From Candidatus Vogelbacteria bacterium (lineage in GTDB: Bacteria; Patescibacteriota; Minisyncoccia; Phycocordibacterales; XYD1-FULL-46-19), in NCBI GenBank assembly GCA_021414225.1, contig JAIOOX010000002.1:25113-89112 (forward strand): 64,000 bases of DNA, in the 5' to 3' direction. Both the position numbers and the translations under genes were made by a program. Positions 19,556-29,266 of the stretch are shown one piece after another (position 1 is the stretch's first letter; each line of letters starts with the position of its first letter). Under the pieces are notes generated by a model. The model made no database searches and was not told the origin of the DNA. It was given only the letters and a program-made list of their open reading frames with translations.

Positions 19556-21901
19556 GTGAACCTTTTATTAAAATATTATCAATTTTCTACAAAGTTTATG
19601 GCTAAAGCAAAAAAAGTAATCAAGAAAGCAATCACAACTCCCAAAACAGTCAGTTTTGTACAGAAAATTACTAAACGAGATGGTACGGTGGCAAAATTTG
19701 ATATAAACAAGGTAGCTAGCGCTGTTTTGAAGGCGATGAAGGCTACGGGTGAAGGTGGAGAGAAAGAGGCGCTTAAGGTAGCAAATCAGACTTTAAAAGA
19801 ACTTAAAGAAATCAATAAAACAGCCGGAAAAAATTTCGTTCCTTCTGTAGAACAGATCCAGGATTTGGTAGAAAAGAGTTTGATTATGGAGCAGTTTGCG
19901 GTTACAGCTAAGGCTTATATTCTTTATCGTCAGAGACGAACCGAATTACGTCAAGAGTTGGGTGAGGTGCCTCAACATGTTAAAGATTTGGCTGAAAAGA
20001 GTAAACAATATTTTCGTAATCCGTTAGGAGAGTTTGTTTATTATCGAACCTATTCTCGTTGGATTGAAGAGGAGGGTCGTCGCGAAACTTGGATTGAAAC
20101 AGTTGATCGCTATTTGAGTTTTATGAAAGAGAATATCGGCAATAAGTTGACTGATAAAGAGTATGAAGAGGTGCGAGAGGCGATTCTTAATCATCAAGCT
20201 ATGCCGTCGATGCGTTTACTGCAATTTGCTGGCAAGGCGTCCCGGAATACCAATGTCTGTGCTTACAACTGTTCTTTTATTGCCCCTAAGACTCTAAAAG
20301 ATTTTGCGGAGGTAATGTATATCTCGATGTGTGGTACAGGTGTTGGTTTTTCAGTGGAAAGTAAAAATATTCAACTTTTACCGATTATTAAAGAACAGAC
20401 TGGCAAACATCGACCAACCTTTGTGGTGGCTGACAGTAAAGAAGGGTGGTGTGATGCTTTAGTTTATGGTTTGGAAACTTGGTTTACAGGTGAAGATGTT
20501 GAGTTTGATTTCTCTCTTTTGCGTCCAGCGGGAGCTCGTCTTAAGATAATGGGAGGCAAATCATCTGGTCCAGAACCATTACGCCAGCTACTTAGTTTTT
20601 CTCGAGAGAAGATTTTACGACGTCAGGGTAAACGTTTAACTAACATCGATGCCCACGATATTTTGTGTAAAATAGGTGAGATTGTCGTGTCAGGAGGCGT
20701 TCGCCGCAGTGCTATGATCTCATTGTCTGACCTGGACGATGAGCAAATTCGCCACGCTAAACATGGTCAATTTTATTTAACTGAACCGCAACGCAGTCTG
20801 GCTAACAACTCAGCTGTTTACAACAACAAGCCATCGAACACTGACTTTTTAGAAGAGTGGATTGCTTTAATGAAAAGTGGTTCTGGTGAAAGAGGTATCT
20901 TTAACCGCGGTGGTCTAGCAACTTCGTTACCTAAACGTCGACTAGATACTCTGAAAGGTCAGATTGGAGAGTTGGGAACTAATCCTTGTGGGGAAATTAT
21001 TTTACAATCTAAGCAGTTTTGTAATCTATCAGAAATAGTGGCTCGTCATGAAGACACAGAGGCTTCGCTAATGAAAAAAATGAAGGTAGCGGCTATTTTG
21101 GGAACCTTCCAATCAACCCTTACCAACTTCCCGTATCTGTCTAAAGAATGGAGAGAAAACTGTGAGACAGAAAGACTTTTGGGTGTGTCGGTAACCGGTA
21201 TGTGGGATAGTCATGTGGCACGTGACCCTAAGGTGTTGAGAAAACTAAAAGAAGAGGCAATCAAGGTTAATAAGGTTTACGCGAAAAGATTTGGTGTTAA
21301 TGAATCAACAGCTATCACTTGTGTGAAGCCTTCAGGTACTTTGTCTCAAATGGTAGATTGTGCATCTGGGATGCACCCTCGTCATGCTCAATATTATATC
21401 CGTCGGGTGAGAATTTCCGCGACTGATTCACTCTTTAAAATGTTGCGTGACCAAGGAGTGCCATATCACCCAGAGGTTGGTCAGGCGTTAGATTCTGCAA
21501 CTACATATGTGTTTGAATTTCCAGTTAAGGCGCCTGAAAAATCTCTCTATAAGGATGATATGGGAGCAGTCGAGCAATTAAAATATTGGAAGTTGGTTAA
21601 AGAAAACTATACTGAGCATAATCCGTCAGTAACTGTTTCAGTCAGGGAGGATGAGTGGATCGAAGTGGCTCACTGGGTGTTTTCCAATTGGGAAATAGTC
21701 GGTGGTCTATCTTTCTTGCCTAGTGATAACCATGTGTACCAATTAGCGCCTTACGAAAAGATTGATGAGAAGAGATATAAGGAAATGCTTAAAAACTTTG
21801 GCGACATTGATTACTCTAAGATTATCTCTTACGAAAAACACGATGAGACCGAACAGAAGAAAGAGTTGGCTTGTGCTGGGGGAGTGTGTGAGATTGTTTA
21901 A
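19556..21901 (+). CDS. nrdJ: Class II (adenosylcobalamin-dependent) ribonucleotide reductase with N-terminal ATP-cone. True start may be the internal Met at about 19598 (MAKAKKVIKK).
   Basis: ATP-cone (VQKITKRDGTVAKFDINKVASAV), class II RNR core, C-terminal redox cysteine pair CAGGVCEIV. Confidence 0.8.
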   Translation: MNLLLKYYQFSTKFMAKAKKVIKKAITTPKTVSFVQKITKRDGTVAKFDINKVASAVLKAMKATGEGGEKEALKVANQTLKELKEINKTAGKNFVPSVEQIQDLVEKSLIMEQFAVTAKAYILYRQRRTELRQELGEVPQHVKDLAEKSKQYFRNPLGEFVYYRTYSRWIEEEGRRETWIETVDRYLSFMKENIGNKLTDKEYEEVREAILNHQAMPSMRLLQFAGKASRNTNVCAYNCSFIAPKTLKDFAEVMYISMCGTGVGFSVESKNIQLLPIIKEQTGKHRPTFVVADSKEGWCDALVYGLETWFTGEDVEFDFSLLRPAGARLKIMGGKSSGPEPLRQLLSFSREKILRRQGKRLTNIDAHDILCKIGEIVVSGGVRRSAMISLSDLDDEQIRHAKHGQFYLTEPQRSLANNSAVYNNKPSNTDFLEEWIALMKSGSGERGIFNRGGLATSLPKRRLDTLKGQIGELGTNPCGEIILQSKQFCNLSEIVARHEDTEASLMKKMKVAAILGTFQSTLTNFPYLSKEWRENCETERLLGVSVTGMWDSHVARDPKVLRKLKEEAIKVNKVYAKRFGVNESTAITCVKPSGTLSQMVDCASGMHPRHAQYYIRRVRISATDSLFKMLRDQGVPYHPEVGQALDSATTYVFEFPVKAPEKSLYKDDMGAVEQLKYWKLVKENYTEHNPSVTVSVREDEWIEVAHWVFSNWEIVGGLSFLPSDNHVYQLAPYEKIDEKRYKEMLKNFGDIDYSKIISYEKHDETEQKKELACAGGVCEIV

Positions 21902-21913
21902 AAGGCGATCGCC

Positions 21914-22062
21914 TAATTGTTTTTCAAACCACAGAAAACCACCCCAGCGGGTGGTTTTCTTCTGCTTCACGTCGGCTATTTTGCCTTACTGGAGTACCAG
22001 CCTAAAACCATGAGGCAAAAACCGGCTAGCCGACAGTTACGCAGGGGTTTGAAAAACAATTA
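21914..22062 (+). repeat. Family 2 structured intergenic element, copy 1, directly after the nrdJ stop
   Basis: About 150 nt bounded by the perfect 16-nt inverted repeat taattgtttttcaaacc / ggtttgaaaaacaatta. The roughly 115-nt core, including the internal hairpin aaaaccaccccagcgggtggtttt, is about 95% identical to the reverse complement of 37657..37809. Confidence 0.7.
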
Positions 22063-22085
22063 GGCTCACTTAGATCTGGAAATAC

Positions 22086-22116
22086 AAAAAACCCGGCGTA
22101 AAGCCGGGTTTTTTGA
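22086..22116. terminator. Intrinsic terminator aaaaacccggcgtaaagccgggtttttt at the 3' end of RNase P RNA; bidirectional
   Basis: Perfect 8-bp GC stem flanked by an A tract and a T tract. Confidence 0.7.
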
Positions 22117-22122
22117 TGTTTG

Positions 22123-22564
22123 GATTGTTGTCGATAAGCCGAATTCTGTACCGATTTTGCCCACCACAGGGGACGCAAAATCGAGTACTCTGAGTTTATC
22201 GAAGAGTGGCCTTTCGACTAGCTCAAGGTGCTCAATTTTGTAATTACCTGCGGTGAACAAAATTGGCGATAGTTATTTATCTGGGATGAATATTACTATT
22301 CACCTCGAGCGGCACAAACCATTGGTAAACCAATGGAGTACGGCCTTGCACACACGTAAGGATTTAGCCGTTTCAGCCAAGTGTTGCCACCTGACAACTC
22401 CAGTCAGACTGGAGCCCTAGCCTTTCGGCGTTGGCGTTTCTGTTCGCACCTCGATCCTTGCGGACGACGGGTGTTACCCGCTACGCTTCCTGTTTACACA
22501 GGTATGTGTTCGGACTTTCCTCCGAGCACTATAAATAGTGCTCGGCAACTATCTGACAACAATC
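22123..22564 (-). ncRNA. rnpB: RNase P RNA (bacterial type A-like)
   Basis: On the minus strand: P1 pairing gattgttgtc / gacaacaatc at the two ends, P3 hairpin gagcactatttatagtgctc, universal P4 strands GAGGAAAGUCCGAAC (rc of 22511..22524) and ACAGAAUUCGGCUUAUC (rc of 22134..22150). The ORF-track ORFs at 22066..22260 and 22381..22581 fall inside it. Confidence 0.8.
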
Positions 22565-22707
22565 TTTATTATAGCACATAAACTAATTTAAGGAAAGCTT
22601 TCAAATTGAACCTGTTTATTAGTGGTTGGTTTTTAATGCTTATTTTTAGTATACTACTGATTAGCAACTATATATTTTATTAAGTAAAAATCTTATTAAT
22701 TGAGAGT

Positions 22708-25107
22708 ATGAAAGAACAAATTAAAAATAAAATTGTTTCCCGGCTGGTTTTATCAACTGACTCAATCGCTTTTGTTTGGTTTTTAGTGGGACTAACTTTA
22801 TTGCCTATATTTGTTATTCCTTTTGCAGGGATTCCGGCTTCAGTGGCTAAACAGTTGTTTCTGCCCATGTTGGTTCTGGGGGCTTTTGTTTTTTGGTTGG
22901 TTGGTCGAATTGAGGCTCGAGATTTTAAATTAGCAAAAAGCTCATCGTTAGTTGCGGTGGCTTTGCCGGTCTTGGCGACCTTGGGGGCATCTCTTCTGTC
23001 GGGAAATGTTCACAGCTCTCTTTCAGGTGTTAGTTATGACTTTGGTACGTTCATTTCAATTTTAAGTTTAGCTGGAGTCTTTTTTCTTACTAGTATTTTT
23101 CTAACCACTAAAGAAAAAGCTTTGAATATTTACCTGGCTTTATTGTCAGCTGGTTTATTGGCTGGTTTGTACCAATTAATCCAGTTTGTTTTGGGTACCC
23201 CTGATCGTTTCTGGTGGTTTACTTTCGTTCCAACTCTTATAGGTAAATGGTATGAATCAGCTATCTTTTTTGGTTTTATTACTTTTCTATCTCTAATGTT
23301 GTTGGAATTTTTATCTTTGAAAGAGATTAAGTTGTTTAAGATATTTTTGACCACTAGTTTGGTTTTGTCTTTAATTTTGGTTGGGTTGGTTAACTTCTAT
23401 GCTGTCTGGATTGCTTTAGCAATTTTGTCTTTAGGGGTGTTTGTTTATGCTAATTTATGGTCGGGTAAGAATAATATTAAGAGTGCTGAATCTGACTTGA
23501 GTTCACCGGTAAAGTTGGGCGGTTTAAGTATTTTTAGACCATCTTTCATTGTTTTGTTATTGTCTATTTTGTTTCTAACATTAGCCACTCCAACTGGTTT
23601 ATTGACCGAAAAGATTGCTAAAACTTATACTTTCTTTAAAGTGCCGTTTGTAGAGGTTAGACCAGGTTGGCAAGCTACATTATCAATAGCCAAAGAAGTG
23701 GCTAAAGAAGATGTTATTTTTGGAGTTGGTCCTAATCGCTTCTATACTGCTTGGATTAATCACAAACCAGCTGAAATAAATCTAACTCAATTTTGGAACA
23801 TTGATTTTAATTCAGGGGTGGGCACTTTACCGACCTTGGTGGTTAACTCTGGTCTAATTGGTCTGTTGGCTTGGATTATCTTTTTTGGTGTCTTATTAGT
23901 AGCCAGTGGAAGGTTGTTGGTGGCTAGTTATCGATCGGCTGATAAGTTGGGTCATATTATGGCTATTAGTTCGGTAGTGGGAGCCTTGTATTTCTGGATT
24001 TTCTCTTTTGTTTACGTTACAGAAACTGTGCCCATGGTTCTTGCTTTTGTTTTTTCTGGTTTGGTGGTGGCCCTATCTGTACAAACTGGTCTTACTCAAG
24101 TTTTTGACTTACAGGCTGTAAAAAACAAGAAACACCAGATGGCTGTAGTGGGAGTAATGATTGTTATTCTGGTTATTAGTGTTAGTTGTTTTTATTTAGT
24201 TTTTGTTCGTTCTGTAGGTACTATTTCTTTCTATAGAGCGGTAAGCGAAGCTAATGTGGTTGGTAACATCACTAAAGCGGAGGATCTTTTGGCTCGAGCG
24301 ATAAAATATAACGGCAAATCAGATTTATACTACAGAACTCTATCAAACGTTCAGTTTGTTAGATTAGCTCAATTATTGCGTGACCCTAATCAAGACAAGG
24401 AACAACTTCAGGATCAGTTTAGAATTATTTTACAAACCACAATCGCTAATTCTAATAAAGCGATTGAACTTGACCAGACCAGTTATCTCAACCATGTGTC
24501 TTTAGGACAGATTTATGAGTCACTGGTTCCTTTGAAGGTGGAAGGGGCTTATGAGCAAGCTTTGGCGGAGTATACTAAAGCTAAAAAACTAAACCCTAGT
24601 AATCCTAGTATTTCTTTTAACTTTGCTCGATTAGAGATGACAGGAGGTAATAATACTGGTGCTCGTAATTACTTAAGTCAATCGTTAACTCAAAAACCTA
24701 ATTTTGCCTCAGCTCTTTTAGTCTTGGCTCAGATAGAGGCTCAGGGAGGTGACTTGCCAGCAGCAATAAAAAACACCGAGGAAGCGGCTGTGGCTTACCC
24801 CAATGATCCAAGCGCTTTCTTCCAGTTAGGTTTCTATTTATATCAAAATGGAGATTACGCTAAAGCGGTCCCTGCTTTGAATCGAGTCGTTTTACTTAGT
24901 CCGAATAATGTTAATGCGAACGCTCAATACTTCTTAGGTTTGGCTTATGATCGTCTAGGTGACAAAACTAACGCTCTAAAACAATTTGAACAGATTGCCC
25001 AGTATAATCCGGACAATCAAGAAGTTAAAAACATCATATCTAATTTAAAAGCCGGGCGGAATGCCTTAGAAGCGGCGGTTGTTGAGGTCCCAAAAAAGAA
25101 AAATTAA
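22708..25107 (+). CDS. O-antigen-ligase (Wzy/WaaL)-like polytopic membrane domain fused to C-terminal TPR repeats
   Basis: 799 aa: about 12 TM helices in the first 480 aa, then a soluble region with TPR-like repeats (AYEQALAEYTKAKKLNPSNP..., YAKAVPALNRVVLLSPNNVNA...). Confidence 0.55.
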   Translation: MKEQIKNKIVSRLVLSTDSIAFVWFLVGLTLLPIFVIPFAGIPASVAKQLFLPMLVLGAFVFWLVGRIEARDFKLAKSSSLVAVALPVLATLGASLLSGNVHSSLSGVSYDFGTFISILSLAGVFFLTSIFLTTKEKALNIYLALLSAGLLAGLYQLIQFVLGTPDRFWWFTFVPTLIGKWYESAIFFGFITFLSLMLLEFLSLKEIKLFKIFLTTSLVLSLILVGLVNFYAVWIALAILSLGVFVYANLWSGKNNIKSAESDLSSPVKLGGLSIFRPSFIVLLLSILFLTLATPTGLLTEKIAKTYTFFKVPFVEVRPGWQATLSIAKEVAKEDVIFGVGPNRFYTAWINHKPAEINLTQFWNIDFNSGVGTLPTLVVNSGLIGLLAWIIFFGVLLVASGRLLVASYRSADKLGHIMAISSVVGALYFWIFSFVYVTETVPMVLAFVFSGLVVALSVQTGLTQVFDLQAVKNKKHQMAVVGVMIVILVISVSCFYLVFVRSVGTISFYRAVSEANVVGNITKAEDLLARAIKYNGKSDLYYRTLSNVQFVRLAQLLRDPNQDKEQLQDQFRIILQTTIANSNKAIELDQTSYLNHVSLGQIYESLVPLKVEGAYEQALAEYTKAKKLNPSNPSISFNFARLEMTGGNNTGARNYLSQSLTQKPNFASALLVLAQIEAQGGDLPAAIKNTEEAAVAYPNDPSAFFQLGFYLYQNGDYAKAVPALNRVVLLSPNNVNANAQYFLGLAYDRLGDKTNALKQFEQIAQYNPDNQEVKNIISNLKAGRNALEAAVVEVPKKKN

Positions 25108-25130
25108 TTAGATTATAGAGGTGGGTATAT

Positions 25131-26810
25131 ATGGTTCAAAAAATGTTACAACTGTTACATAAAGAGTGGAGCGGTCTACATCAGGCCGCTTTTCTCTTGG
25201 CTGGGGCTTCTCTAATTTCTCAACTCTTAGGTTTAGTTCGTGATCGACTGTTGGCTTCTACGTTTGGAGCGGGGACACAGTTAGACATTTACTACACCGC
25301 TTTTCGAGTGCCAGATTTAATTTATGTGACCATTGCTTCATTTGTGTCGATTACAGTTTTGATTCCATTTGTAGTTAAAGCTAATCATAACCACAATCGA
25401 GAAACGGTTAGGCAATTTTTGAATGGTATTTTTACGGTTTTTACCGTTGTCATGATAGTGACTGTTGCTATCTTGTGGTTACTAATGCCTCATTTGGTTT
25501 TTATTTTGGCGCCGGGATTTGATATGAATTCAGCTAAAGAATTGGTTTTTATTTCCCGGATCTTATTATTGTCACCTTTATTTTTAGGTATTTCAAATTT
25601 GTTGGGTGGAGTAACCCAGTCTTTTCATAAATTCTTTGCTTATACGGTCAGTCCGATTGCTTATAATCTGGGAATCGTAATTGGGATTATTTTTTTTCAA
25701 CCATACCTAGGTTTGTCGGGGATTGCTTGGGGGGTTGTATTGGGAGCCATTTTCCATTTAATAATCCAAATACCAACAATTATTGGGGTGGGGTTATTAC
25801 CTAGGCCCACAGTAATTATCCCGTGGCGAGAAATCAGGTTGATGGTGATGACCTCTTTGCCTAGGACTATTACCTTGGCGACTTACCAACTATCAATGGC
25901 TGCCTTGGTAGCTCTAGGTTCATTACTCATTTCGGGGGCTATTTCTATATTCAATTTAGCTCAAAACCTACAGACGGTACCAATGATGATTATCGGTCTA
26001 AGTTATGCGGTGGCAGCTTTTCCTACTTTAACTAGACATTTTTCGGCGGGTGAGACAGAGGCCTTTAGAAATAAAATGATTATCACTGCTCGTCACATTG
26101 CTTTTTGGTCTATGCCGGCGATTGTTTTTATTATAGTTCTCAGGGCTCATATTGTCCGGGTGGTGCTTGGTGGTGGGGCCTTTGATTGGACTGACACTCG
26201 TCTGACAGCAGCAGCGTTGGCGATCTTTGTTTTATCAGCGGCGGCTCAAGGGTTGGTGCAACTATTTGTTCGAGGTTATTACGCAACTAGTAACACTCTT
26301 AAACCGCTAGTCATCAATATCTTCTGTTCGATTTTAATTGTGGCTGGAGCTTGGGGTTTAGTGGCGGTTTTTAAATTGTGGCCAGTCACCTTGTTATTTA
26401 TTGAGCAAGTTTTCCGAGTGGCTGATGTGCCTGGTTCAATTGTCTTGGCTTTACCATTAGCTTTTTCAATCGGAACAATCATTAATGCTTTATTGTTTAT
26501 TATGGTGTTTGAAAAAGATTTTGGTGGCTTAATTAAACCCCTAACCAGAACTATTTTAGAAGCTACGACAGCCTCGGTTCTTGGAGGGCTGGTGACTTAT
26601 GGATTATTATTTTTTGGCTCACCCATTTTTGAGCTCAAAACTTTAGTAGGGGTTTTTCTACAAGCTTTAATAACAGGGCTGGCGGGGATAGTGATATGGG
26701 TTGTTGTTCTAATAGTTCTTAAAAATGAGGAATTTTTAGATAGTTTAACTGCAGTTAGGGTTAAGTTTATGCCTAAACCAGCTATAGTTACTGAACAAGA
26801 AGAGCTCTAA
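25131..26810 (+). CDS. murJ: Lipid II flippase MurJ (MviN)
   Basis: 559 aa with 14 TM helices. N-terminal ISQLLGLVRDRLLASTFGAGTQLDIYYTAFRVPDLIY is the MurJ signature. Confidence 0.8.
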   Translation: MVQKMLQLLHKEWSGLHQAAFLLAGASLISQLLGLVRDRLLASTFGAGTQLDIYYTAFRVPDLIYVTIASFVSITVLIPFVVKANHNHNRETVRQFLNGIFTVFTVVMIVTVAILWLLMPHLVFILAPGFDMNSAKELVFISRILLLSPLFLGISNLLGGVTQSFHKFFAYTVSPIAYNLGIVIGIIFFQPYLGLSGIAWGVVLGAIFHLIIQIPTIIGVGLLPRPTVIIPWREIRLMVMTSLPRTITLATYQLSMAALVALGSLLISGAISIFNLAQNLQTVPMMIIGLSYAVAAFPTLTRHFSAGETEAFRNKMIITARHIAFWSMPAIVFIIVLRAHIVRVVLGGGAFDWTDTRLTAAALAIFVLSAAAQGLVQLFVRGYYATSNTLKPLVINIFCSILIVAGAWGLVAVFKLWPVTLLFIEQVFRVADVPGSIVLALPLAFSIGTIINALLFIMVFEKDFGGLIKPLTRTILEATTASVLGGLVTYGLLFFGSPIFELKTLVGVFLQALITGLAGIVIWVVVLIVLKNEEFLDSLTAVRVKFMPKPAIVTEQEEL

Positions 26811-26867
26811 AATATCTAGCCAGAGGTTTGTTTTGATGGTAGTCTAATGCTACTTAGTTAAACATAT

Positions 26868-28667
26868 ATGTCAAAGAAGATTAGAAATTTTAGTATTATT
26901 GCCCACATTGACCACGGTAAGTCGACTCTAGCTGACCGGCTCTTGGAGGTGACAGGGACGATTGAGAAGCGAAAAATGATGGCTCAGGTGCTTGATTCGA
27001 TGGAGCTGGAGCGTGAGAGAGGGATCACGATTAAAATGCAACCAGTGAGAATGAGCTATGGTTACCAGGGGGTGGATTATGAGCTTAACCTGATCGATAC
27101 ACCTGGCCATATCGACTTTTCCTATGAAGTGTCACGGGCCCTTCAAGCGGTAGAAGGGGTGTTACTTCTCGTAGATGCCACTCAGGGTGTTCAAGCGCAG
27201 ACTTTATCAGTACTTGATATGGCCCGGGCCCTGAATTTGGTTATTATTCCGGTTTTAAATAAGATTGATTTACCAAGTGCTCGGACGGTTGAAATTACTG
27301 AAGAAATGATGAAGTTGTTGGATTGTCGAGCGGAGGATGTGATTGCTGTCTCTGGTAAGACTGGTCAAGGGGTTGATGTGTTGCTTAAAGAAATCATTGA
27401 TCGTATTCCACCAGCAGGTGTAAGTGGTTCGACAGCTGTTGGTTCTAGGGGGTTGGTATTTGATTTTGAATACTCGACCCACCGTGGAGTGATTGTTTAC
27501 ATTAGAGTATTAGATGGTTCAATCAAAAAGGGTGATGAATTAAAATTCGTGGCTTCAGGTGAAAAATTTACAGTTTTGGAGGTAGGGGCTTTGGCACCAA
27601 GTAAAACACCGGTGGATTGTCTCGAGTCAGGAGAGATTGGGTATGTGGTCACAGGGATAAAAGAATCTGGTAATGCTAAAGTGGGCGATACCTTAACATC
27701 AGCTAGTCACCCATTACCGGCGGTGGCTGGTTATCAAACTGCCCGGCCGGTGGTGTGGGCTTCAGTTTATCCAGAAAGCCAGGATGACTTTACTAGTTTA
27801 CGTCAGGCTTTAGAGCGCCTGCGTTTGTCTGATTCATCCCTTTCTTTTGAAGAAGAATCTTCCGGTGCCTTAGGCCGTGGTTTTCGTTGTGGTTTCTTAG
27901 GTATGCTTCACTTGGAAATTATAACTGAACGTCTGAAACGGGAATTTGATTTGTCTTTGGTAATAGCTACCCCAACTATTAGTTATGAGGTTACAAATAA
28001 GAGAACAGGAGTAATTGAAAATATTTATTCACCTCATCTATTCCCAGAAGATTTAAAAGAGATTGAGGTCAATGAAACTTGGATTAAGGTTAAAATCATT
28101 ACGCCGATAATTTACTTAAACACTTTGATGCAGTTACTATATGATCATGAAGCGGAAGTGGTGCATATGGAAAATTTTGGTGACAATCGGACGGTTTTAG
28201 AAATTGAGATGCCCTTGAGAGAGTTGATGCGTAATTTTTTTGATGAGGTTAAAAGCGCTTCCTCTGGTTTTGCTAGTTTTTCATATCAGATGTTAGATAA
28301 AAGAAAAGCTGATGTTGTTCGCCTTGATATTTTGGTGGCTGAAGAACCAATGGCGGCTTTTTCTCGAGTGGTCTCGACTAGACGGGTGCAAAAAGAAGCT
28401 GATGAGGCAGTTGAAAAATTAAAAAAACTTCTACCTAGTCAGTTGATTATTGTAAAAATTCAAGGTAAGGCCATGGGCCGAATATTGGCCTCTCGAACTA
28501 TCTCTGCTATGCGTAAAGATGTGACTGACTATCTCTATGGGGGTGATATTACTCGTAAAATGAAACTACGGGAAAAACAGAAAAAAGGTAAAAAGAAGAT
28601 GCAAAAATTAGGGAAAGTTAATATTCCCCAAGATGTTTTCTTAAAAATGATGAAATCATCAGAGTAG
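26868..28667 (+). CDS. lepA: Elongation factor 4 (LepA)
   Basis: NFSIIAHIDHGKSTLADRLL G1 motif, DTPGH, NKID, and the LepA-specific C-terminal domain. Confidence 0.9.
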   Translation: MSKKIRNFSIIAHIDHGKSTLADRLLEVTGTIEKRKMMAQVLDSMELERERGITIKMQPVRMSYGYQGVDYELNLIDTPGHIDFSYEVSRALQAVEGVLLLVDATQGVQAQTLSVLDMARALNLVIIPVLNKIDLPSARTVEITEEMMKLLDCRAEDVIAVSGKTGQGVDVLLKEIIDRIPPAGVSGSTAVGSRGLVFDFEYSTHRGVIVYIRVLDGSIKKGDELKFVASGEKFTVLEVGALAPSKTPVDCLESGEIGYVVTGIKESGNAKVGDTLTSASHPLPAVAGYQTARPVVWASVYPESQDDFTSLRQALERLRLSDSSLSFEEESSGALGRGFRCGFLGMLHLEIITERLKREFDLSLVIATPTISYEVTNKRTGVIENIYSPHLFPEDLKEIEVNETWIKVKIITPIIYLNTLMQLLYDHEAEVVHMENFGDNRTVLEIEMPLRELMRNFFDEVKSASSGFASFSYQMLDKRKADVVRLDILVAEEPMAAFSRVVSTRRVQKEADEAVEKLKKLLPSQLIIVKIQGKAMGRILASRTISAMRKDVTDYLYGGDITRKMKLREKQKKGKKKMQKLGKVNIPQDVFLKMMKSSE

Positions 28668-28790
28668 GAATGAGAAGCCGTAAAGCAACAACATACCGGC
28701 TATGATTACAATAGCAAATATTTTGGAGGCTATATCTAGAGCTTTTCGGTGTTTGCGTTCTATAAGCATTATGCGTTAGTATAAAACAAT

Positions 28791-29165
28791 ATGAGAGATT
28801 TTCAAGTGAAAAGAAAAACCAATCGGTGGCCTTATTGGCTAGGTATGGTTTTTCTATTTATTTTGTTGGTGGCTATGGGTAAGGGAGTTTGGGGGTTGGT
28901 TCAAAAAAATCAGATGGCCCGAGATAATTATAACGAAGCTGAAAATAGGTTGGTGGAATTGGAAAAAGAGAAGAAACAGTTAATGGCTAATGTGGCCATC
29001 TTGAAGACCGAGCGGGGGATTGAAACAGAAATAAGAAAAAATTTTTCGGTAGCAAAAGAAGGGGAAAGGGTGATTACTATTGTTGATAATAATCAGACAG
29101 CAGCTACTACGACCGGTGATGATAATAATTCTGCTTGGTCTTGGTTTATTAATATTTTTAAATAA
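28791..29165 (+). CDS. FtsB/DivIC-like septum formation initiator
   Basis: 124 aa: N-terminal TM helix, coiled coil (NRLVELEKEKKQLMANVAILKTE), then EIRKNFSVAKEGERVITIV. Confidence 0.5.
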   Translation: MRDFQVKRKTNRWPYWLGMVFLFILLVAMGKGVWGLVQKNQMARDNYNEAENRLVELEKEKKQLMANVAILKTERGIETEIRKNFSVAKEGERVITIVDNNQTAATTTGDDNNSAWSWFINIFK

Positions 29166-29167
29166 TT

Positions 29168-29238
29168 GCGGGTATGGTCTAGTGGTATGATGCGACCTTC
29201 CCAAGGTTGAGACGGGGTTTCGATTACCCCTACCCGCA
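29168..29238 (+). tRNA. tRNA-Gly (anticodon CCC)
   Basis: Acceptor GCGGGTA / TACCCGC, anticodon stem cgacc / ggttg with loop ttCCCaa, T arm ggggtTTCGATTacccc. Confidence 0.85.
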
Positions 29239-29266
29239 CACTTCGACAAGCTTAATTATAAAAAAC

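Noticed and set aside
22066-22581. Two track ORFs (64 and 66 aa) at 22066..22260(-) and 22381..22581(+)
   Set aside because: Both fall inside the RNase P RNA gene; the region is explained by the ncRNA.
28659-28769. Unlisted 36-codon minus-strand ORF (MLIERKHRKALDIASKIFAIVIIAGMLLLYGFSFLL) overlapping the lepA stop
   Set aside because: It is plausible as a small membrane peptide, but it is too short, overlaps the lepA 3' end, and has no supporting signal visible from sequence alone.
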